Assembly: GCA_963746435.1 (NCBI GenBank)
Contig: CAVVAZ010000002.1
Span: 143,222 to 207,221, forward strand
Length of the DNA: 64,000 nucleotides
Direction: 5' to 3'
From: an uncultured Actinomycetes bacterium
Lineage (GTDB): Bacteria > Actinomycetota > Thermoleophilia > Gaiellales > Gaiellaceae
Under the pieces are notes generated by a model, which saw only the letters and a program-made list of their open reading frames with translations, was not told the origin of the DNA and searched no databases. The position numbers and the translations under genes are program-made. Numbering within the stretch: the first letter of the stretch is position 1; each line of letters starts with the position of its first letter. Positions 11,359-20,760 of this stretch are shown here, piece by piece.

Positions 11359-13158
11359 GTGACGGGCGAGGACGATCTGGCAGGCCCACGGCAGTCCAAC
11401 TGGCGCGTGTTCGTGCGCCTCCTCGGGTTCCTGCGGCCCTACCGTGGGTCGCTCACGGTGTCCTCGGCTCTCGCGATCGGCTCTCAGGTCGCGGGAATCC
11501 TCGTCCCGATCCTGGTCGGAGTCGTCATCAACGAGCTGTCCCGCGACCCCGACACGGGAGTGGCCGATCCCGACACGGAGGTCATCGCGTTCTGGGTCGG
11601 CGCAATCGTCGTACTCGGCCTCGTCCGAGCCGCGCTCCAGGTCGGCCGGCGCCTGCTCTCCGGTAGGCAGGCGCTCGGCGTCGAATACGACCTTCGCGAC
11701 GACGTGTACGCCCACTTCCTCAGGCTCTCCTTCGGCTTCTACGACCGAAGCCAGGTCGGACAGCTCATGTCGCGCGCGACGATCGACCTGCAGTCCGTGC
11801 GCTTCTTCCTCGGGTACGGGCTCATCTTCTTCGCGCAGCACGTCGTGACGATCCTCGTCGTGACCATCGTGCTCTTCTTCTACGACTGGCAACTCGCACT
11901 GATCGCCCTCGCGATCACGCCGGCGATCGTCCTCACCGCTTATCGGTACAGCCGCGTCTCTCATCCGGTTCTGCGCGACGTCCAGCAGAAGCTCGCCGAC
12001 GTGGCGACGGTCGCGGAGGAGAGCATCGTGGGCGTGCATGTCGTCAAGTCGTTCGCCCAGGAGGACCGGCGCGAAGCGACCTTCTCGAGGGCAGCGGACT
12101 CGGTGTTCAGCCAAACGCTCGCCGCAAATCGCCAGCGAGCCCTCTATGTCCCCCTGCTCACGTTCTTGCCGCTCCTGGCGCAAGCGGCAGTCTTGCTTGC
12201 CGCAGGGCGGATGGTGGTCTCCGGGTCACTGGCACTCGGCGACTTCGTCGCATTCAACCTGCTGCTCGCCATGCTCGTCATGCCGCTCCGCATGCTCGGG
12301 ATGTGGATCGGGCAGGCGCAACGCGCGGTCGCTGCCGGCGAGCGCATCTTCGAGATCCTGGACGAGCCCGAGGAGATCGCCGACCGGCCGGCTGCTCGTG
12401 CGCTGCCGTCCGGCCCGGGCGCGGTGCGCTTCGAGGGCGTCGACTTCGCGTACGAGCCGGGGCGCCTCGTCCTGGAGGACATCGAGCTCGACATCGAGCC
12501 CGGCCGGACTCTGGCCCTCATCGGACGCACCGGATCCGGGAAGACGACGCTCGCCGCGCTCGTCCCGCGGTTCTACGAAGCGACCGCGGGTCGCGTTCTC
12601 GTCGACGGGATCGATGTCCGAGACCTCGAGCGACGCTCGCTCCGGCGTGAGATCGGCGTGATCGCGCAGGACCCCTTTCTCTTCTCCGCGAGCGTGCGGG
12701 ACAACATCGCCTTCGGGATGCCGGACGCCCCGCACGCGGCTGTCGAGGCGGCAGCGCACGCTGCGCAGGCAAGCGAGTTCATCGAGGAGCTTCCGCAGGG
12801 CTACGAGACCGTGGTCGGCGAGCGCGGAATCACGCTGTCCGGGGGCCAGCGACAGCGCATCGCGATCGCCCGAGCGCTGCTGATCGACCCGCGCATTCTC
12901 ATCCTGGACGACGCAACGGCCTCCGTGGACGCCACGACCGAGTCAAGGATTCGGGCGGGGCTGCGCGAGGTGATGCGAGACCGGACGACGATCATCATCG
13001 CCCATCGTCTGTCCACGATCGCGCTGGCCGACGAGATCGCGGTGCTCGATCACGGACGGCTCGTCGCTCGGGGAACCCAAGCCGAGCTCCTCGTGGACAG
13101 CGCGCTCTATCGCGAGATCCACGAGCACGGGCTGCTCCAGCAGGTCGTCACAGGATGA
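11359..13158 (+). CDS. ABC transporter fused permease/ATPase (exporter type), first half of a heterodimer
   Basis: Six-TM exporter fold, Walker A GRTGSGKTT, ABC signature LSGGQRQRIAIARAL, Walker B ILILDDATASVD. Confidence 0.85.
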   Translation: MTGEDDLAGPRQSNWRVFVRLLGFLRPYRGSLTVSSALAIGSQVAGILVPILVGVVINELSRDPDTGVADPDTEVIAFWVGAIVVLGLVRAALQVGRRLLSGRQALGVEYDLRDDVYAHFLRLSFGFYDRSQVGQLMSRATIDLQSVRFFLGYGLIFFAQHVVTILVVTIVLFFYDWQLALIALAITPAIVLTAYRYSRVSHPVLRDVQQKLADVATVAEESIVGVHVVKSFAQEDRREATFSRAADSVFSQTLAANRQRALYVPLLTFLPLLAQAAVLLAAGRMVVSGSLALGDFVAFNLLLAMLVMPLRMLGMWIGQAQRAVAAGERIFEILDEPEEIADRPAARALPSGPGAVRFEGVDFAYEPGRLVLEDIELDIEPGRTLALIGRTGSGKTTLAALVPRFYEATAGRVLVDGIDVRDLERRSLRREIGVIAQDPFLFSASVRDNIAFGMPDAPHAAVEAAAHAAQASEFIEELPQGYETVVGERGITLSGGQRQRIAIARALLIDPRILILDDATASVDATTESRIRAGLREVMRDRTTIIIAHRLSTIALADEIAVLDHGRLVARGTQAELLVDSALYREIHEHGLLQQVVTG

Positions 13159-13231
13159 GCCCGTATCCGGCACACCTTTGGCACGAAGTCGTGTCCCATC
13201 CGTGCCGTTGCCAGGGTTACGCTAGAGGCGG

Positions 13232-15073
13232 GTGGTGGGATGGGGTGCCCCGAGAGAAGCGCCCCGCATGAAAGTCTGGCAAGCGGGAACCCATCTCACC
13301 GAGGCGCGCGGCGCCACCGTCGAGGACTGGTCCTGGAAGCAAACCCGCCGTCGGCTCGGTGTGCTCGTCCGGCTTGCGCGCCCGTATCCGGGACGGACGG
13401 CCCTCGCCGGGATCACCCTCGTCGCCTACACGATCGTCGCGCTCCTCCCGCCCTACCTCGCGAAGCTCGCCGTCGACGACGGGATCGGGGCAGGCGACCT
13501 GGGGACGCTGACCTGGGTGGTCGTCGCGTTCGTTCTCTCGGGCGTCGCTGCCTTCGCCCTCTCGGGCGCTCAGACCTATTTCACTGGCTGGGTCGGCGAG
13601 CGCGCTCTCGCCGACCTTCGTATCAAGCTCTTCGCGCACCTCCAGCGGCTGTCGCTCGGCTACTACGAGCGGAACCGGACAGGCGCCATCGTCAGCCGGA
13701 TCACGAACGACGTCGAGGCGCTGGACCAACTCGTCACCGACGGCGTCTCGAGCCTCGTCCAGAACTCGCTCGTCCTGGTCGGAACCGCAGCCGTGCTCTT
13801 CCTCCTCGACTGGCGGCTCGCACTGGCGACGCTGGTCGTCCTCCCGCTCATGGCCGCCGCCACGGCCTGGTTCCGGATGCGGTCGAACCGCGCCTACCGG
13901 CGCGTGCGTGAACGTCTCGGACTCGTGACCGCGACGCTCGCCGAGGACATCTCGGGAATGCGCGTCGTCCAGTCCTTCACGCGGGAGCCACAGAGCCAAA
14001 CGACGTTTCGCGGCGTCAACGAGCGCTACCGCGCCGCCAACTACGAGACCGTCGTTCTCAATGGCGTCTACTTCCCGGCGGTCGACGTGCTCTCGTCGCT
14101 GGCGGTGGCGATCGTCCTCGGGTTCGGAGGAGCACTCGTCGTGGACGGCAGCCTCACCGTCGGCACGCTCTTCGCCTTCACGCTCTACCTGTCGAACTTC
14201 TTCGATCCCGTTCAGCAGCTCTCGCAGCTCTACAACACGTTTCTCTCCGCGACCGCAGCGCTCGACCGCATCCTCCACGTGCTCGACGAGGAGCCCGAGG
14301 TCGTCGACGCGCACGACGCTCGAGAGCTCCCCAGGATCAGCGGCAACGTGCACTTCGACCACGTCCGCTTCGGGTACGGAGACCTCCCGGAGGTGCTCCA
14401 TGCCTTCGACCTCGACGTGCCTCCCGGCACTACCGTCGCGCTCGTCGGCCACACCGGTGCGGGAAAGTCGACCATCGCCAAGCTGCTCGCCCGCTTCTAC
14501 GACCCGCGGGCGGGACGGATCACCATCGACGGCCACGACCTGCGCGACGTGACCCAGACGACGTTGCGCCGTCAGCTCGGCATCGTGCCGCAGGAAGGCT
14601 TCCTCTTCGCCGGCACGGTCGCCGAGAACATCGCGTTCGGCCGGTCGGACGCGACCCGAGAGGAGATCGAAGCGGCTGCGGCAGCCGTCGGCGCCGACGA
14701 TTTCGTCAACGAGCTGCCGAACGGCTACGACACGCAGCTCGGAGAGCGTGGCTTCCGCCTCTCGCTGGGACAGCGGCAGCTCGTCGCATTCGCCCGAGCG
14801 CTACTCGCCGATCCGAGGATTCTGATCCTCGACGAGGCGACGTCGTCCGTCGACATCGGCACCGAGCGGAAGATCGAGCGTGGACTTCGGCGGCTTCTCG
14901 CGGGCCGGACGGCGTTCGTCATCGCCCATCGTCTTTCCACCATCCGCAGCGCCGACCTCATCGTCGTGCTCGACCACGGACGAGTCGTCGAGCGCGGAAC
15001 GCACGACGAGCTGATTCACGCCGAGGGGCCGTATACCCGCCTGTACGGCGACTGGTCCGCCGAGGTCGCATAG
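13232..15073 (+). CDS. ABC transporter fused permease/ATPase (exporter type), second half of the heterodimer
   Basis: Walker A GHTGAGKST, signature LSLGQRQLVAFARAL, Walker B ILILDEATSSVD. The start could be the ATG at 13268. Confidence 0.85.
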   Translation: MVGWGAPREAPRMKVWQAGTHLTEARGATVEDWSWKQTRRRLGVLVRLARPYPGRTALAGITLVAYTIVALLPPYLAKLAVDDGIGAGDLGTLTWVVVAFVLSGVAAFALSGAQTYFTGWVGERALADLRIKLFAHLQRLSLGYYERNRTGAIVSRITNDVEALDQLVTDGVSSLVQNSLVLVGTAAVLFLLDWRLALATLVVLPLMAAATAWFRMRSNRAYRRVRERLGLVTATLAEDISGMRVVQSFTREPQSQTTFRGVNERYRAANYETVVLNGVYFPAVDVLSSLAVAIVLGFGGALVVDGSLTVGTLFAFTLYLSNFFDPVQQLSQLYNTFLSATAALDRILHVLDEEPEVVDAHDARELPRISGNVHFDHVRFGYGDLPEVLHAFDLDVPPGTTVALVGHTGAGKSTIAKLLARFYDPRAGRITIDGHDLRDVTQTTLRRQLGIVPQEGFLFAGTVAENIAFGRSDATREEIEAAAAAVGADDFVNELPNGYDTQLGERGFRLSLGQRQLVAFARALLADPRILILDEATSSVDIGTERKIERGLRRLLAGRTAFVIAHRLSTIRSADLIVVLDHGRVVERGTHDELIHAEGPYTRLYGDWSAEVA

Positions 15074-15123
15074 CCGGCACCTCGACCAAGCCGTCCGGCG
15101 CGGTGCGGGCGTAGTCTTCGTGC

Positions 15124-16065
15124 ATGAGCCTCGACCAGGAGACGGACGCACACGCGGACGACGCGCTGTCGGCCGAGGTCGAGCAGGCGACGGGGCCACT
15201 CTCCGAGGAGGCCGTTCGCGACACGCGCCTGACGCCCGCCGAGGCGGTGGCCGGAATGCACATCCGCGTGCCCGCGCGCGGGAACCGCAAGCTCCGGCGT
15301 CTGCTCGACAAGGTCGAGGCCGACAAGCAGCTCAAGGCCTGGTGGCACGTCGCCAACGTCAACGCCGTCGTGCGCCTGGAGATCAACGACCACTCATGGG
15401 TGCACGTCCAGATCGTGACCAACATCGCCCTCAAGCTCCTCCGGCAGCTCGTGAAGCATGGCGTCACCACGTCACTCGTCAGCGACTACCGGATGGAGCC
15501 GGAGGACTCGGAGGTCCTGGTCGTGCTCGCAGCCATGCTGCACGACGTGGGAATGTCGGTGCACCGGACCGACCACGAGAGCTTCAGCCTCTTCCTCGCG
15601 GAGCCGAAGATCCGCGAGCTGCTCGACGACATCTACGAAGAGCCGGACCGCACCGTGATGGTGTCCGAAACGCTGCAGGCGATCATCAGCCACCGGGCGG
15701 ACGGCGAGCCGCTCGCGCTCGAGGCCGGCGTCCTTCGCGTCGCCGACGCGCTCGATCTGGCGAAAGGAAGGTCGCGGATCCCCTTCGAGCGCGGCTCGGT
15801 CTCCATCCACTCGCTGTCGGCGGCGGCGATCGACGAGGTGCGGATCGTGGACGGTGAGACGAGACCCGTGATGGTCGAGATCGTCATGAACAACTCCTCG
15901 GGCATCTACCAGGTCGACGGACTGCTCAAGGCGAAGCTCCGCGGATCGGGCCTCGAGCCCTACATCGAGGTCGTCGCGCGCATCGACACCGAGGCCGAGA
16001 AGCGCCTCGTTCCCGTCTACCGGCTCGAGATCGGCGAGTCCGGGCGGCCGCGCGCCACGAGCTAG
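15124..16065 (+). CDS. HD-domain metal-dependent phosphohydrolase family protein
   Basis: H...(HVQIVTNIAL) followed by AAMLHDVGM gives the H-HD pattern. I cannot assign a specific subfamily. Confidence 0.55.
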   Translation: MSLDQETDAHADDALSAEVEQATGPLSEEAVRDTRLTPAEAVAGMHIRVPARGNRKLRRLLDKVEADKQLKAWWHVANVNAVVRLEINDHSWVHVQIVTNIALKLLRQLVKHGVTTSLVSDYRMEPEDSEVLVVLAAMLHDVGMSVHRTDHESFSLFLAEPKIRELLDDIYEEPDRTVMVSETLQAIISHRADGEPLALEAGVLRVADALDLAKGRSRIPFERGSVSIHSLSAAAIDEVRIVDGETRPVMVEIVMNNSSGIYQVDGLLKAKLRGSGLEPYIEVVARIDTEAEKRLVPVYRLEIGESGRPRATS

Positions 16066-16086
16066 CGTCTACACTGCCGAAGCCCT

Positions 16087-16157
16087 TTGCGGGGTCGTCT
16101 AACGGCAGGACGCCCGGCTCTGGACCGGGAAGTTGGGGTTCGAATCCCTGCCCCGCA
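16087..16157 (+). tRNA. tRNA-Gln (anticodon CTG)
   Basis: Cloverleaf: acceptor TGCGGGG/CCCCGCA with U1-A72 and discriminator G73, anticodon stem CCCGG/CCGGG with loop CTCTGGA (anticodon CTG at 16119-16121), T-loop TTCGAAT. The T-stem as written has two G·U pairs. CCA is not encoded. Confidence 0.8.
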
Positions 16158-16286
16158 GCCTCAGCGGCTGTTGTCTGGCGCGTCGACGCTTGTGACACCG
16201 TTCCTTATGAATCTGTAAGCCTTTTCGTCCCAGCTCGTGCGGCTTCCGGTAGCCTGGCGCGAACCGAGTGACACGAGCGGCTCCCG

Positions 16287-16955
16287 GTGGGCGAGCCGCG
16301 TCCCTGTCTCCGACCTGGGGGGTCTGTTCTGAGGGCACTAATCGTTGGCTTGTGCGCGCTCGTTCTCGTGACACAGGCCGTTGCGGCAACGACCGGAGAG
16401 CGTGCGGCGAACGCCTCCAGCACGACCACCAAGACAACCAAGACGAAGACCGCGCGCAGCCTGACGCTCGACAAGCGGCTTGCGCTGAAGATCAAGGCCG
16501 TGCGCCAGCATCGCAGCACCCTCCGCTTCTTCCGGACGCATCGCTGGCTCCTCAGCTCGACCGACGACCGCGAGGTCGCGCGCGCTGTCGTGCTCCGCGC
16601 GAAGCGCGGGCTGCGGAAAGCGACGAGGGAGGTCGCCTACTACCAGCGACTCGTTCGCGTTCGCGACGAGAGACGTCGTACACGCCGTCTGGCCTCCGCC
16701 CCACCGCGCGTCGCGATCTGCGGCGTGTTCGGCCGCTACTGCCGGCAGGCGCTGTCCGTGGCCTGGTGCGAGTCCCGGATGTCGACGCACGCGCAGAACG
16801 GCCAGTACCTCGGGCTCTTCCAGATGGGCTCGAGCGAGCGTCGCCTCTTCGGGCACGGAGACACGGCGCATGCACAGGCACTCGCGGCGCATCGCTACTT
16901 CGTCCGTTCCGGACGGGACTGGAGCCCGTGGAGCTGCCGGTGGGCCGCGTCCTAG
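16287..16955 (+). CDS. secreted protein with a C-terminal transglycosylase-like (Rpf-type) domain
   Basis: A signal-peptide-like LRALIVGLCALVLVTQAVAA is followed by a coiled-coil region. The C-terminus WCESRMSTHAQNGQYLGLFQMG...WSPWSC resembles the Rpf/transglycosylase-like domain (CES...GLFQ...W..W.C). Confidence 0.55.
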   Translation: MGEPRPCLRPGGSVLRALIVGLCALVLVTQAVAATTGERAANASSTTTKTTKTKTARSLTLDKRLALKIKAVRQHRSTLRFFRTHRWLLSSTDDREVARAVVLRAKRGLRKATREVAYYQRLVRVRDERRRTRRLASAPPRVAICGVFGRYCRQALSVAWCESRMSTHAQNGQYLGLFQMGSSERRLFGHGDTAHAQALAAHRYFVRSGRDWSPWSCRWAAS

Positions 16956-17257
16956 CCGTTTTCGTCGCAAAGAGCGAAGCGCACCCTCGCCGGCGGGTTT
17001 CTTTTCCGGCGCGGTTCTGGTAGGGATCGGTTGGCGTGTGGAGCCGGCGGAAGCGCGACCGCTTGCGGCCCCTCGACGAGGCCGCCGCCTACGCGCGCTG
17101 TCACGGCGACCGTGACGAAAACGTCCGCATCGTGACCCTTCCGCCGCGGCGTGCTTCGCTACGAGGCGGTGCTCTCGAGCGGCGAGGCGATCAGGCGCGA
17201 GTTCGAGGAGCGCCTCGACACCCGCGAGCCCGAGTCCGCCTTCTAGCGCGGCCTCGG

Positions 17258-17926
17258 TCAGCGCCGAACGAGGATCTCGTCGAGCTCCTTCCTCCGAATG
17301 TCGGGAACCGTGCAGCCGGGCGCCGGATAGCCCACCGCGATGAGCACGTACGCGCGCTCGTTCTCGGGTCGCTCGAGAATCTCGTGCAGGAAGCCCATGG
17401 GGCTCGGCGTGTGGGTGAGTGTGCAGAGCCCCGCTTCGTGCAGGCTCGTGAGCAGCAGCCCGACGGCGATTCCGACCGACTCGCGGACGTAGTAGTGCTT
17501 GACCTTCTTCCCGTCCTCCTCGAGCCCGTACGCCTGCTCGAAGACGACGATGACGTGGGGAGCATCCATGATGTGCGGCTTGTGCCAGTCGGTCCCGAAC
17601 GGCCGCACCGCGTCGAGCCACTCCTCGGGCATCCGGCCTTCGTAGCTCTTCCGTTCCTCCACTTCGGCGCCTTCGCGCAGACGCAGCTTGAGCTCCGGGT
17701 CGGAGACGAGGACGAACGTCCATGGCTGCTGGTGCGCGCCCGACGGGGCCGTCCCCGCGGTCGCGATCGCGTTCTCGACGAGCTCCACGGGAACCGCGTC
17801 GCCCGAGAAGTGGCGAATGGTCCGGCGGCGGCGCATGCGCTCCAGGAACGCCCGCGAGCGCGAGAGCTGCTCTGCCTCCGGCAGTCGCTCGAACTCGAGC
17901 GGCACGAACTGCGGCTCTTCGGGCAC
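17258..17926 (-). CDS. nitroreductase family protein
   Basis: RRRTIRHFSGDAVPVELVENAIATAGTAPSGAHQQPWTFVLV is the typical nitroreductase FMN-binding N-terminus. The ORF is a single uninterrupted 222 aa. Confidence 0.8.
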   Translation of the reverse strand: MPEEPQFVPLEFERLPEAEQLSRSRAFLERMRRRRTIRHFSGDAVPVELVENAIATAGTAPSGAHQQPWTFVLVSDPELKLRLREGAEVEERKSYEGRMPEEWLDAVRPFGTDWHKPHIMDAPHVIVVFEQAYGLEEDGKKVKHYYVRESVGIAVGLLLTSLHEAGLCTLTHTPSPMGFLHEILERPENERAYVLIAVGYPAPGCTVPDIRRKELDEILVRR

Positions 17927-17970
17927 CGGAGAAGCTTACGCAGGCGTCCGCTATCCTTCCGCCTCGCTAG

Positions 17971-18043
17971 GGCCCATTCGTCTAGCGGCCTAGGACACCG
18001 CCCTCTCACGGCGGCGGCACGGGTTCGAATCCCGTATGGGCCT
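17971..18043 (+). tRNA. tRNA-Glu (anticodon CTC)
   Basis: Acceptor GGCCCAT/ATGGGCC, D-stem GTCT/GGAC, anticodon stem CCGCC/GGCGG with loop CTCTCAC (anticodon CTC), T-stem ACGGG/CCCGT with loop TTCGAAT. Confidence 0.8.
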
Positions 18044-19178
18044 CTGGTTCTTTCGAGATAGACGGTGAATGCGCATGGCTGCGCCGGCCATGCGTGCCAT
18101 CTGGTCGCGCGTGCTCGTGCCGTGCTCCCCTCGGTGCTCCCCTACTCGATGGCGTCCCTCAGCCGCTCCATGGTCATCCACGTTGCTCTCACCTGTCCCA
18201 GCGGTTCGTAGAGATCGACGCGTGGCGACTCGTGCGCTTCGCTCGACCGTAAGGCGGGAGTTAGGTCCGTGGGCGGACGGGAAGCCTCTCTCCGTGGCGG
18301 GTGATCGCGATGAGTTCCCCATAGCGTTCGCCGAGGACGGGTGCGTCCTTGTCAACTTTGGGATCCTCACCGGCGGGACGCTACTCAGGCAGAGTTAGAT
18401 CGGCTGGCGCTTGCTTTCCGCCAAGCCGGAGCCGGCGCTGAGATGACGATCACCGCGGAGCGCCGCCAGGATTACGGTCGAGACTTTGAGGGCGTCATCC
18501 ACCAGGTGCGCGTCACGCTAGGCGATTCACCGACAGAGTGGGTGGAGGCGATCTGCCGCGAGTGGGCGTTGAGCTGCGCTCGAGGATCGAAGCATCGAGC
18601 CGCTCGACCTGCCCTGAGTCAGCTGTCACCGGCGGAGTCTCAGACAGGGGGATCCGGCGCGGTAACTCCCGCTCGGCAATCCCTCAGCCGGGCGAAATCA
18701 GGTCCGCGGCGGGCACGCCGGTAGGGGGAAGGTTCCGGCTCAAGAGTGCTGCCCGCCGCGGACGCGGGAGTCTGTCAGAGCACACGCGACCGAGCAACCC
18801 GCGACGGCGCAGGGATCAAGGAGCGAGCCACGACCTCCGTCACCGGAGGATCGCCCTGCTCCACGAGCAAGGCGTCTCGTTGGCGTGAATCGGGCTGTGA
18901 AAAGTGCTCATTTGCAGGCGTCGGGCGCCTTTCTGAGTGCGCCTGTTATGCGGATTGGGCTTGCAACCGTGTGTCAGGCGTGCGGGCGGTGCCGTTTCGG
19001 CGCAGAAGGCAACGCGGGTGGCACGAAGGCATCTCGCCGAACGTGGCGACATCCTGCCCGCGTCCGCCTGTTCGGCGATCGTCGACCCGTGCGATGGGAC
19101 CCCGACGGGAGCGACCTCGCATCTTGCTCTGGGCTTGCGGCCGCGCTGGTTGAAATGCCCGCGCTCGTTACGCGAGAG

Positions 19179-20423
19179 CTATTTCTGCACCAGGAGCACG
19201 AGCGTCCTCTGCGACCTCGCGCCAAGCGCGTCCCTTGCCTCCACGATCACGCGGTACGTTCCGATCCGACGCGGGGTTCCAGCGAGCGTCCCGAGGTTCT
19301 GCGAGAGCCGGACGCCCAACGGGAGCTTTCCGCGAACAACTCTCCATTTCAGGGGCGCGACGCCTCCGACCGTGACGAGCGTCGCACGGTATGTGCGTGC
19401 CAGCTTCGCAGCTTTCAGGCGGAGCGTCTTGATCGCAAGCCTCGGGGCAACAGTCAGAGAGGCGTTCACCGTCCCCACGCGCCCTTCAGCGTCGGTCGCG
19501 CTCAGACCGAACGCGAAGCTGCCAGCAGCCTGAGGAGTTCCGGAGAGCGTGCCCTTGCTCGCATCGAGCGCGACCCCGGAGGGCAACGCACCGGAGGACA
19601 GCGACCATGTGTACGTGCCGCTCCCTCCCGCTGCCGTGAGGGTCTTCGCAAAACGAACCCCAACCTCAGCGTTCGGCCGCTGTGCCGGTGCGAACGGCGA
19701 GCTCACGACGACGGGCTGCCGCACGGTGAGCGTGTACGTCTCTGTGTCAACAGGGCTGCCGGTCTGAGCCTTGACGACGAACCCGTAGCTCCCCTCGGCA
19801 GTGGTTGTTCCGCTCAAGACGCCAGATGTCGAGAGGGTGATGCCTGGAGGAAGCGCTCCCGACTGCAGGGACCAGGTCGCCTGCACGTCGGGGCCGCTGA
19901 GCGGGTTCAGGCTCACAACCTGCCTCGTCGCGAGTGTGTCGGTATAGGGCTGGCCAACGGTGGCGGGCTTGACGGACGGGTTGATGATCGCGAGTCCGGG
20001 GTCGATCGGGATGCTGAATTCGCGTTCCGATCGATCCTCGCGTTGGCACCAAGAAGGTCCCCCTTCGGCCGCGGTCAGGTCGTGATTCCACACCCAGAAA
20101 CGCGTCAGGCCGGCGCCCGTGGGGATGCCGGAGATGAGACCGTCTCTCGTCATCGAGAGGCCCGCCGGAAGCGAGCTGTTGACGATCTCGAACCAGTCGT
20201 AAGGTTCGCAGCCCGAGCCCTCCTCGGACTCCATCTGCACCTCATAGGGCACGCCGACAAACCCCGTCGGACAACGGAGCAGAAGTTGCTCACCCGGCGT
20301 TTCCTTACACGGGCCGTTATCGCCCTCGAAGTCCGCAGCGGATGCTCCGCTCACGGCGATTGCCGCGAAGACGCCCATGACTACGACAGCGAGCTTCAAT
20401 CGCACCGCGGGAATATACGGCAA
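19179..20423 (-). CDS. secreted repeat protein with about four Ig-like (He_PIG / putative-Ig type) domains, paralogue 1
   Basis: A signal peptide MPYIPAVRLKLAVVVMGVFAAIAVSGASA is followed by repeated ~90-aa units carrying SGALPxGxxL...GTLSGTPxxAGSY/F motifs. The ORF is intact at 414 aa. Confidence 0.7.
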   Translation of the reverse strand: MPYIPAVRLKLAVVVMGVFAAIAVSGASAADFEGDNGPCKETPGEQLLLRCPTGFVGVPYEVQMESEEGSGCEPYDWFEIVNSSLPAGLSMTRDGLISGIPTGAGLTRFWVWNHDLTAAEGGPSWCQREDRSEREFSIPIDPGLAIINPSVKPATVGQPYTDTLATRQVVSLNPLSGPDVQATWSLQSGALPPGITLSTSGVLSGTTTAEGSYGFVVKAQTGSPVDTETYTLTVRQPVVVSSPFAPAQRPNAEVGVRFAKTLTAAGGSGTYTWSLSSGALPSGVALDASKGTLSGTPQAAGSFAFGLSATDAEGRVGTVNASLTVAPRLAIKTLRLKAAKLARTYRATLVTVGGVAPLKWRVVRGKLPLGVRLSQNLGTLAGTPRRIGTYRVIVEARDALGARSQRTLVLLVQK

Positions 20424-20760
20424 CGAAAGTTAACAGCGTGTGAGGCTTCTCGACCGGCGTGGCCGAGCGGCGATCTCGACCCTTGGGCCGATGGCGACAT
20501 CGTCACGACGGCACAGACGTCTGTCGAACCAGCCGATGCGACCGCCCGGACAGCGAAGCGAGGGGCTCGAAGAGTTGCGCGTTGCTTGACCCACGTTGCA
20601 TCAGCCCGTTACCGGGGTTACCGCTCGAGGCCTGTAGATGACAGTGCTCTCCCCGTCGAGCGGCGGCGAGTCTCCTCTCTTCGTGCTCGGCCAGACCTCC
20701 TCGCGCGACGCTAGCCGCTGAAGGTGCACGGCGACGTGCCGATGTCGCATTCGCGCTCAG

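Noticed and set aside
16160-16290. c-di-AMP (ydaO/yuaA) riboswitch upstream of the Rpf-like gene, as seen for rpfA in other actinobacteria
   Set aside because: A hairpin GGCTC-N9-GAGCC is present, but I could not find the conserved ydaO elements (ACGGGG / CCGA...GGGGA pseudoknot regions). It needs a covariance-model search before any claim.
18341-18724. Plus-strand ORF (127 aa: ...LDRLALAFRQAGAGAEMTITAERRQDYGRDFEGVIHQVRVTLGDSPTEWVEAICREW...) as a possible mobile-element gene
   Set aside because: The first ~60 residues look protein-like, but the rest degenerates into Ser/Arg/Ala-rich sequence and I could assign no family. I treated it as a possible gene relic within the ORF-poor region rather than as a feature.
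18950-19060. SRP RNA (4.5S) candidate because of GTCAGG...AGAAGG...GCAAC-like elements
   Set aside because: The domain IV core GUCAGGUCCGGAAGGAAGCAGC is not present. Only loose similarity remains. I kept it only as a generic structured-RNA possibility in the finding for 18044..19178.
20459-20760. Possible N-terminal half of the HupE/UreJ gene upstream of the fragment
   Set aside because: An in-frame stop lies at 20719, and no hydrophobic TM-like translation appears in any frame of 20459..20719. The gene really is truncated, or the upstream part is lost.
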